Source: Hydrolagus colliei
Taxonomy: Eukaryota
Length of the DNA: 64,000 bases
Assembly: GCA_035084275.1 (NCBI GenBank)
Contig: CM068755.1
Location: 12,152,001 to 12,216,000, forward strand
Reading direction: 5' to 3'
Under the pieces are notes generated by a model. That model saw only the letters and a program-made list of their open reading frames with translations. It searched no databases and was not told where the DNA came from. A program made the translations under genes and the position numbers. Numbering within the stretch: position 1 is the first letter of the stretch; every line of letters starts with the position of its first letter. Positions 36,603 to 50,252 of the stretch are shown here, piece after piece.

Positions 36603-37430
36603 AACAACAGAAACAAAATTACACTTGTATAGCGCCTTTCACATCAGGAGGGTGTTCCAAGGTGCTGGACACTCATTGTTTCAGACCCGAGCTGGGGACG
36701 GGAAGGTGGGTTTTGGGGTGACCAATGAGACCGTCGAAGACGGGCTTGATGGGCTTGAAGCGGGTCTTGATGATTAAACTGTTTTGGAGGCCAGTGAGGG
36801 GGCGAGGTGGAGGGACTGCGGAATGCCATTCCAGAGGTTGGGGGCAGGTTGAAAGCTTGCCCGCTGATGGTGGGGCGGGTGGGTCAGGGGACATGGAGCA
36901 GGCCGGAGCCCACTGAGCGGAGGGAATGGGCAGGTTGGTAGGGGGTTAGGAGGTCACAGAGATAGGGGTAAGGCAATGGACAGCTTTGAATGTGAGGACC
37001 AGGATCTTGAATTGAATCATTTGGGTGATGGGGGAGCCAATGGAGTCAGGTGAGAATGGGGTCACAGAGCTTTGTGCAGGAGGAGACATGAGTTGCAGGG
37101 TTCTGGATGATCTGCAATCTATGGAGGGAGGAGTTGGGAAGGCTGACAAGGTTCTTTGGTGTAATCGAGCCAGGACGTGATGAAGGCATGAGTGAGACTT
37201 TCAGCAGCCTGAGGGGTGAGGTAGTGGCAGAGTCGGGCAATGTTGTGAAGATGAGGGAAAGCAGAATGGATCATGACTTGGATGTGGTGGAGGAAAGACA
37301 GTTGAGGATTGAACAAGACTATTAGGTTCCTGACTGGTTTGGTGAGGTGGAGTGCAACTATGGAAGTTGATACTGCCAGTGCCCGATGTGTGAATGTCTT
37401 GGCACGAGCCAATCGGGAGGGCCTTAGTCA
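36603..37430 (-). mobile_element. Degenerate 5'-truncated L2 LINE
   Basis: minus ORF PVRNLIVLFNPQLSFLHHIQ...LHNIARLCHYLTPQAAESLTHAFITSWLDY and IQFKILVLTFKAVH; L2 3' tail near 36603-36670. Confidence 0.9.
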
Positions 37431-40040
37431 TGTTGATATTCTATTGTATAAAGTTAGCTCTCTTCCAGCAGAGAGGTCAAGGAGGAGAAGGAGGCAGAGA
37501 AAGCCCTGATCACAGATGCTTAAAATGTTGTTAGAGACTTTGACCGGGGCTGTCTCCAAAGACAACAACAACAAAATTATATTTCTTCAACATCCTTCCA
37601 TTCAATAAATGTGATCAGTGAAAAGACCCACTGAATAAAAATTAAATGGCTAATGTACTTCAGGAAACTATTTGTGAAGCTTTGCTTTGCATGAGATGTG
37701 CACCATATTAATGATTTAATGGTATTCTAAACAAGGATATGAAACGCTGTGACATTTTACTGTAATATATTGCGTCATTAATTGCCTGCAATTGTGAACA
37801 ATGGAAGTAGGTCAACTTTATTCATCTGCCCCTTGCGGTCATAATGCATGCCTTCCTATTTAGAAGGTTGATTTGGGAGCATTTGATGTCCACACTGACC
37901 CCGACACATGTGGTGTGTTCAGCGAACATGGTAAACTCTATTCTGTATTTTACTGTAGGCAAATTGCACATGGATAGTCAGCTCAATATGTTGGGGCTGT
38001 AAGAACCACACTATTCTGCTGCATGCATATTTAGAAACTAAGCACTTCTTCAACTTAAACTGTATTACAGTAAATTCTGTGAAGCGCTTTGAGACGTTTC
38101 AAAGATGTGAGAAGGTGCTATATCAAACTTATTATTATTAATTCCTCCAGATGCAAATTAGATTGGGATGGCAAATCTAAGTTTTAAATATGTTACATTG
38201 CGATAAAGCAAATTTACGGAACAATTTAGATTGATGCAACTGTGTGCCTGTTATCAAAATCTTTTTTGTCAGTTAAACAAGTAGTTCAAGCTCAGTCTCA
38301 GTTAAGATACAGTTTAAGACGGTTTGGTGGGTAATCAAGTTTGTCATGGTTTGGCCTCGGCTGACTAATCTCAATCAGAACTACGGGTGGAGCAGTATAT
38401 AATTGGTATATAGAAACCTATTTATGTGTATTTCCTGTTCTCTCCTCTTTTAATGCCTTGCACTTGATAGTGGCCCCACAGAATTCCTGGGGAAGGGGAA
38501 AGGGGAGGTCGCAAACCATCTCTGGAGCAGGTGAACTTGTCACATATTTCCACGGTTCTGCCAGGTGCAGAGTAGAGCCTTGGAGGGAAACCACATTTGT
38601 AGTTTAAACATACCCCTGTTAATTACAGACTTAAACTTATAGATGTGTTGGTAACTTGTGCTGTAGTCCATTTTTCATTGTGTGCAGAAGTCCTGAGGGA
38701 AGGCTCTCTCTCTCTTTCTCTCTCGCCCTCTTTGAAGCAGAACAATCCAGTAATTCGTATGACAGCCCTGGTTGACTGATTTGACTTTCAGTCTCATTTT
38801 TGAATTAACTTGCTTTAGTCTGAACATCACATAGGCAGGGTTAATATTACTAACTGCATTTTGTAAAAACAAAAGATGATGACACTGTAGAGCTAAGTGG
38901 AGCTTTGTACTGTATGTGTACTGGTGGAATTGCAGCAGATATTGTGTACATGGCTGTCTCTGTAAATTAACTGAATGCTTGAAAATGTTGTGTAGCCCTT
39001 ATGTAATAAATTGTGAAACAGAGGCTGTTTGCACCTGTAAGCTATCCTCACTGCTAAACCACAAGCCGTATAATTAGCTCTAATTTGTTATCCATATCTT
39101 TGTCTTTCTAATAAATAATACACCTTTCAACCAGAACAAACAATACAGGGTGCTGAAGTAAATGTTATTGTTAGTGCTCCTTCATAGCACATGATCCCCA
39201 TTAGTTAGTACTTAAACATTGGTACAGAAGAATTCTTTTGGCTATAGCTCTCTGAGCTGTAATATAAATCATGACACTTTAGTAATAACGCTGGCAGTGC
39301 CTGCTAATGGAGCTTGTGCACCCGCTCATAAACAAAGAACAATAACACCGCTGCATGATTCATTGCCTCATAAGGTGGTTCTGCCGGAATGCGGTGTCTT
39401 CATGGTTTACAGTATGATGGGATTCACAAGGGATTTGAGGGAATGACATATAACCTCGGCTGGTAACTCGGTCAGTAATGCTCTGATGGAAAAGTAAAGG
39501 GGATTAACTCTCTGTAACGCTGTTACATGAAATTGTTGTCTACATTTGGTGCTACCGTTTTTGGATTCTATCCTTGCAGAAGTCTATCCATTTGACTCAT
39601 TCTTGAACATATGAGTAGCTTTCCGGTCCTGAATGATTGCATTTGTTCATTTTTATCATTAAAAAAAAAAGTTTAATTATCCGGTTACATAAAATAATGT
39701 CCTATCATTTACAAAAGAGAGGTTTGCTAGCAAGGCAATATGTGGAGGGATTCAGTAGCCATTATTATGTTGGCAAACTAAAGTTTATATTGAAATGCTT
39801 TCACATTGCTCTACCCCACAAGAGGATCTTGGGAACAGAATAATATAATAATAATAATAATAATAATAATCCTTACACTTGAAGTGCCTCTTATGTCGAA
39901 AAGATGTCTCAAATCTCAAATCTTAAATAACAACGGGTTATATTTTTGCTACAATTAATAGCAGAAACATTTCCAAACCTTTTAAATTACATTATATCAG
40001 TCTTCCTTGTGTAATTTGACTAATTGTGTTAAGACCTTTC

Positions 40041-40096
40041 CCTACAGGTGATCACTGAGACCAACAGTGCCTTATAGATGATCATTGAGACCAACA
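40041..40096. repeat. Imperfect 30-bp tandem duplication
   Basis: cctacaggtgatcactgagaccaaca / cttatagatgatcattgagaccaaca. Confidence 0.85.
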
Positions 40097-40159
40097 ATTT
40101 AACTGAATGATATTTCCCAACTGATACTTCATTCCCCAAAATCTTTTGTTGCTTTACAG

Positions 40160-40262
40160 GAAAGAGTGATCCATTCTGTGTACTGGAGCTGGGGAAACAT
40201 AGGCAACAAACCCACACGGTTTACAAAAACCTTAATCCTGAATGGAATAAAATCTTCACATT
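40160..40262 (+). CDS. MCTP2: MCTP2 coding exon (C2C), 103 nt
   Basis: ctttacag|GA acceptor, TT|gtaagt donor; [33 protein letters not shown](F). Confidence 0.96.
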
Positions 40263-40971
40263 GTAAGTTGCAGATAAATTAACTAGAAAGTTGTACCCTT
40301 TGAATAATAATAATAATGATAATCCTTGCTTTTGAAATAGCACAGTCTTCAAGACATCTCAAAGCGCTTCATAGAATATACTATAAAGTGAACTGACAGC
40401 ATATATATATATGGCCATATTCTGGATATTTTACAGTTATATTAGTTTAGGGTTATTAATGTTACTATGGTAATTATAAAATCATTGAATATTTAATTAT
40501 TTTGTCCACAGTCCTAAATTTCAATTTGAATATAAACTCTCCTCTGAGCAACTTAAACTTAGTTTCATTCAATTCACTTTGTAACTAAAGTATTTATAAT
40601 GACAGTAATAATCCATGTACAGTATTTGGTTTTTCATTGCTTTGGGACGTCCTCCCGATGTGAAAGGCAATCTACACATGTAATTTTGTTGTTGTAGCGC
40701 CTTGCATGGCAGGATGACGTCTCAAAGCGCTTCACAGCATTTACTGTGAAGTGTTGTGACTGAACGTGTAGGCAAACATAATGAATCAGCCAAAGAAATG
40801 AAATCATAACAATGCATAATCAACACATAAAATTGGTATCAAATTTCAACGGAATCAAGACTTTGTCATTTTTAACAGGACCAGAACAGACCAGATGAGG
40901 GAAAGAGTCAAGTGATTTTTAATACAATATTCCCATTTGACAACGTTTACCAATTTGTCTCCATTTTCCAG

Positions 40972-41074
40972 TAATATTAGGGACATTCATGACATACTGG
41001 AAGTGACGATCTTTGATGAAGATGGGGACAAGCCACCAGACTTCCTCGGCAAGATTGCGATCCCTTTGCTTTCT
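40972..41074 (+). CDS. MCTP2: MCTP2 coding exon (C2C), 103 nt
   Basis: ttttccag|T acceptor, TCT|gtgagt donor; [34 protein letters not shown]; DGDKPPDF is MCTP2-type. Confidence 0.97.
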
Positions 41075-41672
41075 GTGAGTTTAAATACTCTTTAAGATTT
41101 TATCAGTTTGATTTTATTGATGAGCATCATCATTGCAGATATTTGTTGTCCTTGCATTTTGCAGCATTGAACCAATCATCACCCGTCTGCTAACAAAGAA
41201 CGATTTACATCTGTCATGTGGATGAGAATCCTACTACCCTAAAATTAGGGACTTCTGCCAAAGAACAGCTGCCGATGTATATGTAGAGCTTAAAAAGACT
41301 ACAGCGTTACAAGTTTCTTATGCATAAACTATCTATTTTACTAGCCATCCTAATGAGTCCATGGTTGCTAACGTCTCAGTTATACCGATTAGTGCATTTC
41401 TCCTTCCATTGAGTCTTTTAACTTGAATATAACAATGACTCCCTGTAGCTACCATGAAGAACCTCTCTCGCATGTTAACTATGTGAACTGCTCTTGAATC
41501 TTTGAGAGAAACAACAAGTTCTCTGAGTCATTGCATATTGTCAAGGTCACTTGGGCAGCCACGTGGCTTGATGTGTTATGGGTTACCCACTTAACTTGAT
41601 GTTTGTTGGATTCCTATAACTTGATCTTATTTCTAGCCTACTTTCATGGTGTGTTCTGTTTTGTGATTCTAG

Positions 41673-41774
41673 ATCAGAAATGGTCAGCAGATCGCACGTG
41701 TTCTGAAGAACAGAAAGTTGGGACAACGAACAAAAGGAGTTATTTACTTGAAGTTGGATCTAGTCTACAACTGG
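41673..41774 (+). CDS. MCTP2: MCTP2 coding exon (end of C2C), 102 nt
   Basis: attctag|ATC acceptor, TGG|gtgagt donor; IRNGQQIARVLKNRKLGQRTKGVIYLKLDLVYNW. Confidence 0.95.
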
Positions 41775-43063
41775 GTGAGTGAGAATGGAATAATTGCATG
41801 AACAATGCATTTTTTTTAATCAATCCATGGGCAAACCTTGGTTATTTTTCATTATATTCTAATTTGCTTTATCAGGCACCATTGCAAAGCATTTTACTAA
41901 AATAATAATGTTCAAAATTAAGCACTCGATACATTGGATTACACATGCATCCCATTCAGTTAACTACAATGGGGATCTTATGAGATGAATTTATAAATTT
42001 CTTTGTCGTTTCCATGAAGTGATCTGTTGCTCTTTTATTTTTATACTACATCCAAAGCTTTGTATAAGGAGAAAGTGTTATTTTACTTTGTGCATCCAGT
42101 GCTATAAATTTTCAAAACCTGCCGGGAGATGGCCCACCTCAACAAGATGTAACCATTTATATCGCAGAAACGCATTGTATTATTTTCATTTGAAATAGCA
42201 TTTTGTCATCCCATCTCTGAGCACATTCTGCAGAAATGTAAGTGTGCCTGGGATGCTAGGGGCCTTTGCTGGTATTGTAGACCAAATCCACTGCTCCACT
42301 GATAGTTTGTAGCAAAGCCTGAATATTTTCCAAACCCCATGTGATGTCCCAAATTATCTATTGTTGTTCGATAGGTCACTTGTGTTACTAAATTCCATCC
42401 CTGAATATGCTTTGACAGTTGGATTTATGGTATATTGGAATAAAAAAAGTTAGATGGACAAAACATATTTTTATTGTTTACTCTGGATGCTTCCCGAACA
42501 GAATTGAACAGCATCTTGGATTTATATAGCGGCCTCCATGCCAGATGGCATCTCAGAGCGCTTCAAACTCTCTTTGCTAAACTTATGATTTTTTTATTTT
42601 GCATTTCAGTGGCACGGATGGTGTGATAGTGCCTAATATAAACTTGATATAAACCCAATGGGGATTTGGGCTTTTTGGTAACTGCTGTTTGCTTTCTTGT
42701 GTAAGACATCACAGGTAAAATTCCACTACCAATGCTACCAATTGTCTAAATTTACACTTATTATTGTTGCTTTTAGCGCTTACAGAATTTGTCATTGTTG
42801 AACTCGGTCTAAATTCTGAAGCCAGTTGTCTGGAGGTCTTAATATTGTTTTTTTACAGAAAAACAACTCCAAATTGATGGCTGTAATTAATAATTTGCCA
42901 AATTGTGGATACTCTGAAATGTAATGTAAATAGAGTAAATGTAGACTCAAGTGACATTTTACCCATGTACTATTCTGGTAATCTAAGGTAATCTTCAGGA
43001 ACAAAATTAATTGTTTCCTTGGTTCAAAAGTAAATATTTCCGGGATTTTTTTTAATTCCTTAG

Positions 43064-43138
43064 ATGAAAGCAAGTCTCAAAACCTTCCATCCAAAAGAGC
43101 ATAAGATCCAAGAAGAAAATCTCAAATTTTCAAAAGAG
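43064..43138 (+). CDS. MCTP2: MCTP2 coding exon, 75 nt
   Basis: ttccttag|ATG acceptor, GAG|gtattt donor; MKASLKTFHPKEHKIQEENLKFSKE. Confidence 0.93.
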
Positions 43139-43846
43139 GTATTTCACCAATTTATGTTGTCAACTTTTATTTTGTCTGTTGGTATTCCAGAGGTAAGACA
43201 ATGTTATCACTGAACCACCAATGCATCTTCCAAAAAGAGAGCCCTGTTGTATCTTTACAAAAAAAAATAGCTGTTGTAATACCTTTAATACAAATATTGC
43301 CTGAGTGTTTTCCCTGGTTATAAATATGAGAAAGATATTTGGAATAAATAAATTACATGGGAACAATTTTGAGCTGGCTCTTTTCACTGTTGAGTCTTTT
43401 CTTCCTGGCAAGAGGCAAACATTAAGACTCTGCAGTACAGGATCAGCTATCCCGGAGTGCATGTTGTAACTAAATATAGTAATGTGAGTTTTATTGGTGT
43501 GTTAACAAGAAGTATGAATACAATAATGTACTGAACAATTTTATAAGTAACCTTGCAGGTAATAATAATAATATTATTATTAACCTTGCAGCTTGCAGGT
43601 ATTGGTATGAACAGAACTGATCTGGGTGCTATTTCGAATAAACAATTGGATACACCTTTAACGGAGCAAAAATCTGCTTTGTGACTAACTGAAGTGGTGC
43701 TGATACCTGTGAAACCAGTCGAATCAGGCTAATTGTTGTTAAATCACCGAAGCATTATTGATCTGCTGTCATTATTCCTCCGGCTTCAAGCCTTTGAAAA
43801 CCTTTGCATTTCTTTTCTTTTGTAAAATTTCCTTTTTCTCACACAG

Positions 43847-43966
43847 GTGTTAATGAGGAATGTTAGACGTGTTCGGAACTTCACTATGGCAATATGGAGC
43901 ACAGTACAATATATCAACAGCTGTTTCGAGTGGGAATCCATACAGAGGAGTGTGATAGCCTTTCTG
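43847..43966 (+). CDS. MCTP2: MCTP2 coding exon (pre-transmembrane), 120 nt; last recognisable exon in window
   Basis: ctcacacag|GTG acceptor, CTG|gtgggt donor; [40 protein letters not shown]. Confidence 0.95.
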
Positions 43967-44533
43967 GTGGGTAATGCTATTGGAATCTTAAATGCATTTC
44001 ATTGTATGAGGTAGCCAAGATTTTCTTTTGTTAAGCAATAGAGTGCAAATGGAGTGCAAGAACAGTTTTGAGATCTTGCCATTGCATTTTGATTGTAGAC
44101 TCCTTATTTGTCTGATGTACATGGTCTCCTGATATAATGCACATTATCTGTGGCTTGGGATCAATGAAGAAAACTCACTGAGCTCCTACTTTAGCATATA
44201 ACCTAGTTTTTGGAACTATCCCAAAGGAACTGTAATAGTGTGTTGCATTGGGAATTAGCACAGGTTACCCTAAAGATACAGCAGCATTTTTCTTGGAGCC
44301 TCACAAGTCTTTACAGACTTCCACTGTAAAACAGGTCACCAGTCTGAATTTCTGCCTTGATATTATGAATGTTAGATTTTTAGGTTGTAATGCTTCTAGA
44401 ATAATGTAGTTGCAAACCACCTGCACTAAAGGAATAAAGAGCTTGTTTAATTTAGAGTTTAGATATAAAAGATATAGCAATACCCCTCTTTAATATTTGG
44501 CTGTGGTACTATAGCGCTAGTGTGAATACAATT

Positions 44534-44811
44534 ATAATAATAATCCTTGCATTTTATGCAGTGGCTTATCATGTCTTTGAGATGTCTCAACGCGCTTCAC
44601 AGAATATGATGTAAAGTGAATTGGCTGTATATTGGGGTTGAAATGCGACAGGCAATAGAGTGACCAAATTCTTATGGTTTTTTTTGTCTTGAGGGATTAT
44701 TATTAGGCGTGTGAAGTAAGGAAACTTGCCCAAAGCTTTGTCCTGACGGGAATCAATCCTAGGTCTCTCGCTTGTGAGGCAAGTATTCTAACAACTGAAC
44801 TAGAGGACTCC
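44534..44811 (-). mobile_element. tRNA-derived SINE, antisense, with internal deletion
   Basis: reverse complement starts GGAGTCCTCTAGTTCAGTTGTTAGAATAC, contains ttgggcaagtttcctt, ends atgcaaggattattatta. Confidence 0.92.
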
Positions 44812-47800
44812 ACTACCCATACAATATCTATTGTATGGCACTGGATTGAATTATCTGTACAATGTAGACTTTCACACTTGTGTTCATTATAAACCCTGGG
44901 CTCCAACAAAGAGAGTTGGAGTTCATGTTCAATTCTGTATCTTTTTTCAGAGCTGCGTCAAGCAGCATAATGCCATTCATTATGCCAATATCAATAAAAT
45001 ACTGTGTCAATTTATTGTACAGTATATTCTGTCAAGTGCTTTGAGACATCTCAATGATGTGATAAGGAGCAATATCAAATGCAGGGATTATTATTATGGT
45101 TGTAATTTTTAATGTGACCATTGGTGCTACCAATAGAGTATCTTGAAGTATTGCATTATGAAGTTAATAAGTGAAAAACTGAGCTTTTTAGAACTCAGAA
45201 AATCAAAATAGTAATAAGCTATATATTCTTCATGTGAACAGCTTGTGCCAAAGTTAAAAGAGGTACATTTTTCTATGGCTAAGACTTCAACAGCATTTCA
45301 AATCCAAATTGGATCTAAATGTTTGTCAACAATTTACAGGTTATATTTTCCTTCTATTTTGGCACATACCTGTAGTCGCCATATCAGAATGAACAACCCA
45401 TTATATTTAATTATAAAACTCTTTGCATTTGATACAGCACCTTATCACGTCTTCAAGACGTCTAAAAGTGCACCATAGAATAATCTGTAAAGTGAATTGA
45501 CTGTATATTTTGTGAGCAAAACAAGACCCACCTCCTGGTCCATACCTGTGCTGCCCTTGAGCCAGTTGGAAGACTCACTGGCAAGACTGATTGATGTTTC
45601 TTTCCTTCCTGAGAAAGCATTTCATCTCTGCTGCCAACTTCCTTCAAGCAACCAGCCTGTGAAGGGCTTGCAGTGGAGGGTATCGCATTGATGAATTGGC
45701 AGCAAACCATTGCATGACAGAGCAAAGCTACCAAACCAAACGAGGAGCTTGCTAAGCCAGACTTCATTTTTGGAGAGACAGCCAGACACCAATAGTAGTA
45801 CATATTTGTATTCATATTTGTGCTGAAGAACTATAGCAAGCTTCGAAGCTGAAGCTGCCAATTGTTAAGAATTTTCAGCTTTAGCTTCCAATGATTTTAA
45901 AAAGAAAACAAATTATGTTTGATTTCACATTACAATAATGGCTATGAATTCATGAGAGATGGTGCAGTGATATTCTGTAATGTATTTGCAATAATAGATG
46001 TGAGGCTTTCATTGTATCCTTCAGGTGCTGTCTCATGGGTTGAACAGAGTACAGTCCACAGCGCGCAAAAGTGATCATGAGTCTTTCATAGAAAATGAAA
46101 GCATTTAACTCCCTTTGAAAAGATTGCTGAAGGCACATTGTGCATAAACTTACAGAATGCCTTCAGTCAGGCAAAATATTATGTGGAATGTTGTATATGA
46201 AATAAGCCATTTATTTTGGGGTATCTTAAGTAGCTTTTCTGGTTCCCTTTGTTCTGTTTAGGCAAAGAGAGGGAAGGCGTTAAGGGTGCAAAGATCCAAG
46301 GCTGCATTTTGTTTCCCGTAATTGACCATTTCTCTGTCTTGGTACCGTAGATTAACACTTTGTATCGTGATTCACATCCACGCAGTTCTGTTGTATGTCT
46401 TCACCATGTAGTATTGTGTAGCATTTCCATCCAGTAACAACTGTGCAGCACTCAACTTTCTAACAATATCCATCCAATCCACAACCCTACCTCCATCTGA
46501 CTGACCCCTCACTTCACATCCCCCCAAACGCACTATTTATCTGGCCTTGGAAAGAGAGAGGGGGGAAGAAAAATAAGCACTTTTGTGAGATAACCTATGG
46601 GATGGGCAGTGGATCATAAAATAAAGGGTACTAACATTGATGTTAATTGAACATTGCAGCTTTAAATTGCTATGTCAGAAGACTGATATCTTTGGTGAAC
46701 CATATCCCTCTCCAAAGAACTCACCTTACACCCAGATTTCCAGGTAATTTGATGTTGTCGGCATGGTGCCTGAGGTTTGATTGTCGTTTAGCTCTGAAGC
46801 TGTCATTTTTATTAGTTGCGCACACAAATCTTTTAGAGACGCTCGTCAGGTGGCTTATGTTTTGTATTGTCTGGTTGGGTCCTGGTGAAAGCTCCCTCTT
46901 TTCATTGCATTTGGATGTGGGCGTGTGTGATGTGGGTAGGATGTAATTATACTCACTGCAGGTGACAGTTACAAGAAAAGCTTTAGCAATAATTTAACCG
47001 AGTGATGGAAAACTTTGAACAAAAACACACCTTGTGGTCTACAAAAAATGCTTTCCTTCAATTCATGGTTTGGTATAATGTGATTTTAATGCTCCTTTCT
47101 GAATTGACCTGTTTTGCATTTTTTAATATAAAATGAGTTATACAATCTGCATTCTGCGGGTTCCTCTGCAGATTCTAATCTTCTATTCCATATATACAAA
47201 ACGGTGTAATACATTTTCTTCAGTGAGTAGTTTTGCACACTCAAAAAGCCATCATTTGGGCACAAATCCCACTCCACCCACAGAGCCCAGCACTTCCACT
47301 TGCACTTGGGTGATCCCCAAAGGATTATTTGCTTTGATTTAATCCATTTGGAGGCAAATGTTCTCTGCATATTTCAGCTTGGTTCAGTCGAGCTCAGGTA
47401 TGTTTAATATATTGGTATCTGATGCATTTATGGTAGCCAGAGCCTCAGATTGCCACAAATATTAAAATGCAGTGATTTTACTGTGCAATACAAAATACTG
47501 TGTCATTGTAGTGCACCTGGGTAATATGCAATTTGTTTTGTGGTGGTTACTACTTTCACACTATCAGAAAATAGCTTTTTTTAAAATTATTCTTCAAAAC
47601 ACAATGAATTAAGCCGCGCTGTACAGTCCTAATTATTGAATGCAAAATACCTGTACTTTACAATTGTCATTTAGATTTTGCCACAAAACATCCCATTTGC
47701 TGGAGTTCTGTAATAAAGTATTTTGTGCCTTTTATAGTGAGTGGCAAGTATTCAGTGCAGAGAGCTAATCTAGCTCAGATTCTGGAGTGAGGACAGGTTT

Positions 47801-47940
47801 GTAACATACCTGTCTAGAGATCTGGCTGTGCTGCTTTTGAGACTTGAAAGCAAATAGTGTGATTTGAAAGCGAACTGTGCTGGAGCTAGCCATTAACTTT
47901 TCTGCACCACATCAATAGGCACTGAGGCAATGTAAACATG

Positions 47941-47959
47941 GTGTGTGTGTGTGTGTGTG
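47941..47959. repeat. (GT)n microsatellite
   Basis: gtgtgtgtgtgtgtgtgtg. Confidence 0.9.
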
Positions 47960-50252
47960 CGAATTGGGTTCCCCAAAATGATCTTTGGAAAGGTCATGTG
48001 CATTCTGCATAGTCTTAAACTTTATGCTTTCAAAGTATAAACCCAAATAGTCTCATGGGCTTAGTTGGGCTGAATGGCCTATTTCCGATAGTGCTGTAAT
48101 TTAGAGTCTTGGTTAACTTCAGCTTTTTTTAAAAAAATCTTTAATACAAAATTATGCAGGGAGGGGAACTGTGTTTCATTAAAGTTGCACATAGTGCAGG
48201 ACTATTACAAAAATGTAACAGTTTTTGTAAAAGATAGTTTCATTTAATTTGGAAAAGATTGGATTTCTAATGTGCTTGAAGTGAAATTATGCAACAGATT
48301 GACAATGTAAATTCTGCAGAGCAAGCCTGCTCTACGTTCAAAGTAAATAAAGAATTAAGCGGGTTGTTTTACATGTAGTGTACGGATATACTAAACAAGA
48401 ATCTCATTTTACTTGTAAATCTGGCGTTTGACACCCTTTGTTTTATGACTCCACAACTCTCTTAATTTGTTGTTTGACAGTTGATCAAACCTAAATGGGT
48501 TTAGAGAATTGTTAGCCAAAGCCCAAAAACCACAATCCCCTCTCAAATGTCCCTACTTCCTCACTTCATCCGTGTACAGTTACTGCCAGCACATGTGCAA
48601 TCATATGCTGCTGTTTTTCCCTCACCGCATTGAATTGGAGGAAATTAATGATCTGCCCTTTTGCTTCTTTGCAAAGAAAGTCTCTTGAACGTAAAATGTA
48701 GCTTTCCATAGGTGGTTGGATTTTGAAACACTGGTGTTAAACCTTTTGTCAAGCCATGACTGCCAATTGGTAAGACCACCTTTAAAACATAACCCGAAAG
48801 CCTTTTTTTCAGAACTAATTATTGCATGAGGTGGAATAACTCTAAATCTTTTATCTGTTGGTTATGAAGTTAATAATGTGGCATGTGAAGTTAGCACAGA
48901 TTATATTATCAAAGGCTGTATCCCTTCCTCTTCCCACAGTATAGATTTTCTATTGAGCTGTACAATCAGTGGAGAAGCTGGATTCATATTCTGAACCAGA
49001 TAGTGCATGCAACAGAATCATTGAAGCATGGTTGAGCAGTATGAGTTTTGCTGGTAAAGGCATTAACACTGATCACCACAGCTCTGAAGACTGAAATTGC
49101 TGTTTTTTTTCCCCCAAACAGTAAAGTTGTCTGTCTCTTAGCGTGGGTGTTTAAAGCTAGGGAGATGGACCAGGCAATTAAACGTCAGTGGTATCACTGT
49201 GGTAGGCAAAGTACTTTTGCATCAGAGAAGCTGAGCCCTGAATCCCCAGTCAAAGCAAACTTTTTTTTATTAGGTTAAAGAGAAACTTTAGGGAAGATTC
49301 AAAAGCTCTGCTATTGTGATCGGGTGATGATTCTGATATTTACAATAACTAGTGGATGAAGTATTCAACACTCCAGGGCACAGTTGATGGATCTGCTAGA
49401 CTGGATCACACCAGAACTTAGAGGAGCAGATCAGTCACTTGGCTTCTGCAAACCCTGCATGCAAAGATATTAACGGGTAGGGCATAGTGTTAGGTGGATA
49501 GGCAGAGGGAAGGTTGCCAAACAGTGTTTGCAAATAGCAACCAATGCAGTTTTAGCTGGTTAAACTCCAGCAGGCTCCCAATGTGAGCTCTGGAACCCCC
49601 CACACCTTGGCTACGGTCCACTTGTACCTACTACTTTCCATAATTAGGTAAGCACACAATGTATCCCTCCAGTGAGAGACTGCACATTCTATTCCAGAGG
49701 TGGAAAATTTTAATGGGCGAATGATGGCGTGCAAAATGTGGAACTCTGGTTTGGATCATATCTAGGGTTTATCAGTTTGTGTTGGATTTTCGGATGATGA
49801 CAATAAATAGATGAAAGGCCACGCTTAGGGCTCGAGAAGAGGGGCATTGTGTACCACTTTCACATCAAGATCTATTGATGGATCAAATATTGCAAGGACT
49901 GAATACTTGCTTCCAGGAAATGGCTGGGAAGCATTATGGGGCTTTGGTGTGGGTCGGTGGATGTGGGTGTGGGGGCAGAAAAAGGCACCTGTGAAACTAT
50001 CCAATCAGTAAATGGTTGCTTTGCTTTAAAAGAAAAGCTTTTACACAAATCAAATAACCCGCTAGAGGCATTTTTTCCTGTACATTCCCCCCCACCCCCC
50101 CCCCCCCCCGACACCCATCTCTTCAATCATTCCAGACAAAGTTGCTGACTTTCATACAATAAGCCCTTATTTTTCAGAAGCTGTGAGAAAGACATTTTTT
50201 TCAGATCAAAGTGCAGTTTCATTAATTTTCAGAAACTAGAAAGGAGGAAGTC

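Noticed and set aside
40035-40050. Cryptic acceptor cctttccctacag at 40047
   Set aside because: Would add 112 nt and frameshift; lies in a small tandem duplication; no support for use
18455-43966. Assignment as MCTP1
   Set aside because: [27 protein letters not shown] and the degenerate C2B match MCTP2 as recalled, not MCTP1
43967-43976. Alternative donor gtaatg 4 nt downstream of 43966
   Set aside because: Breaks the frame; the 120-nt exon fits the expected phase
46647-46946. Hydrophobic 99-aa ORF as the missing transmembrane exon
   Set aside because: No WNFELY-like motif and no matching splice sites; the other short ORFs in the track likewise look like chance or repeat-derived frames
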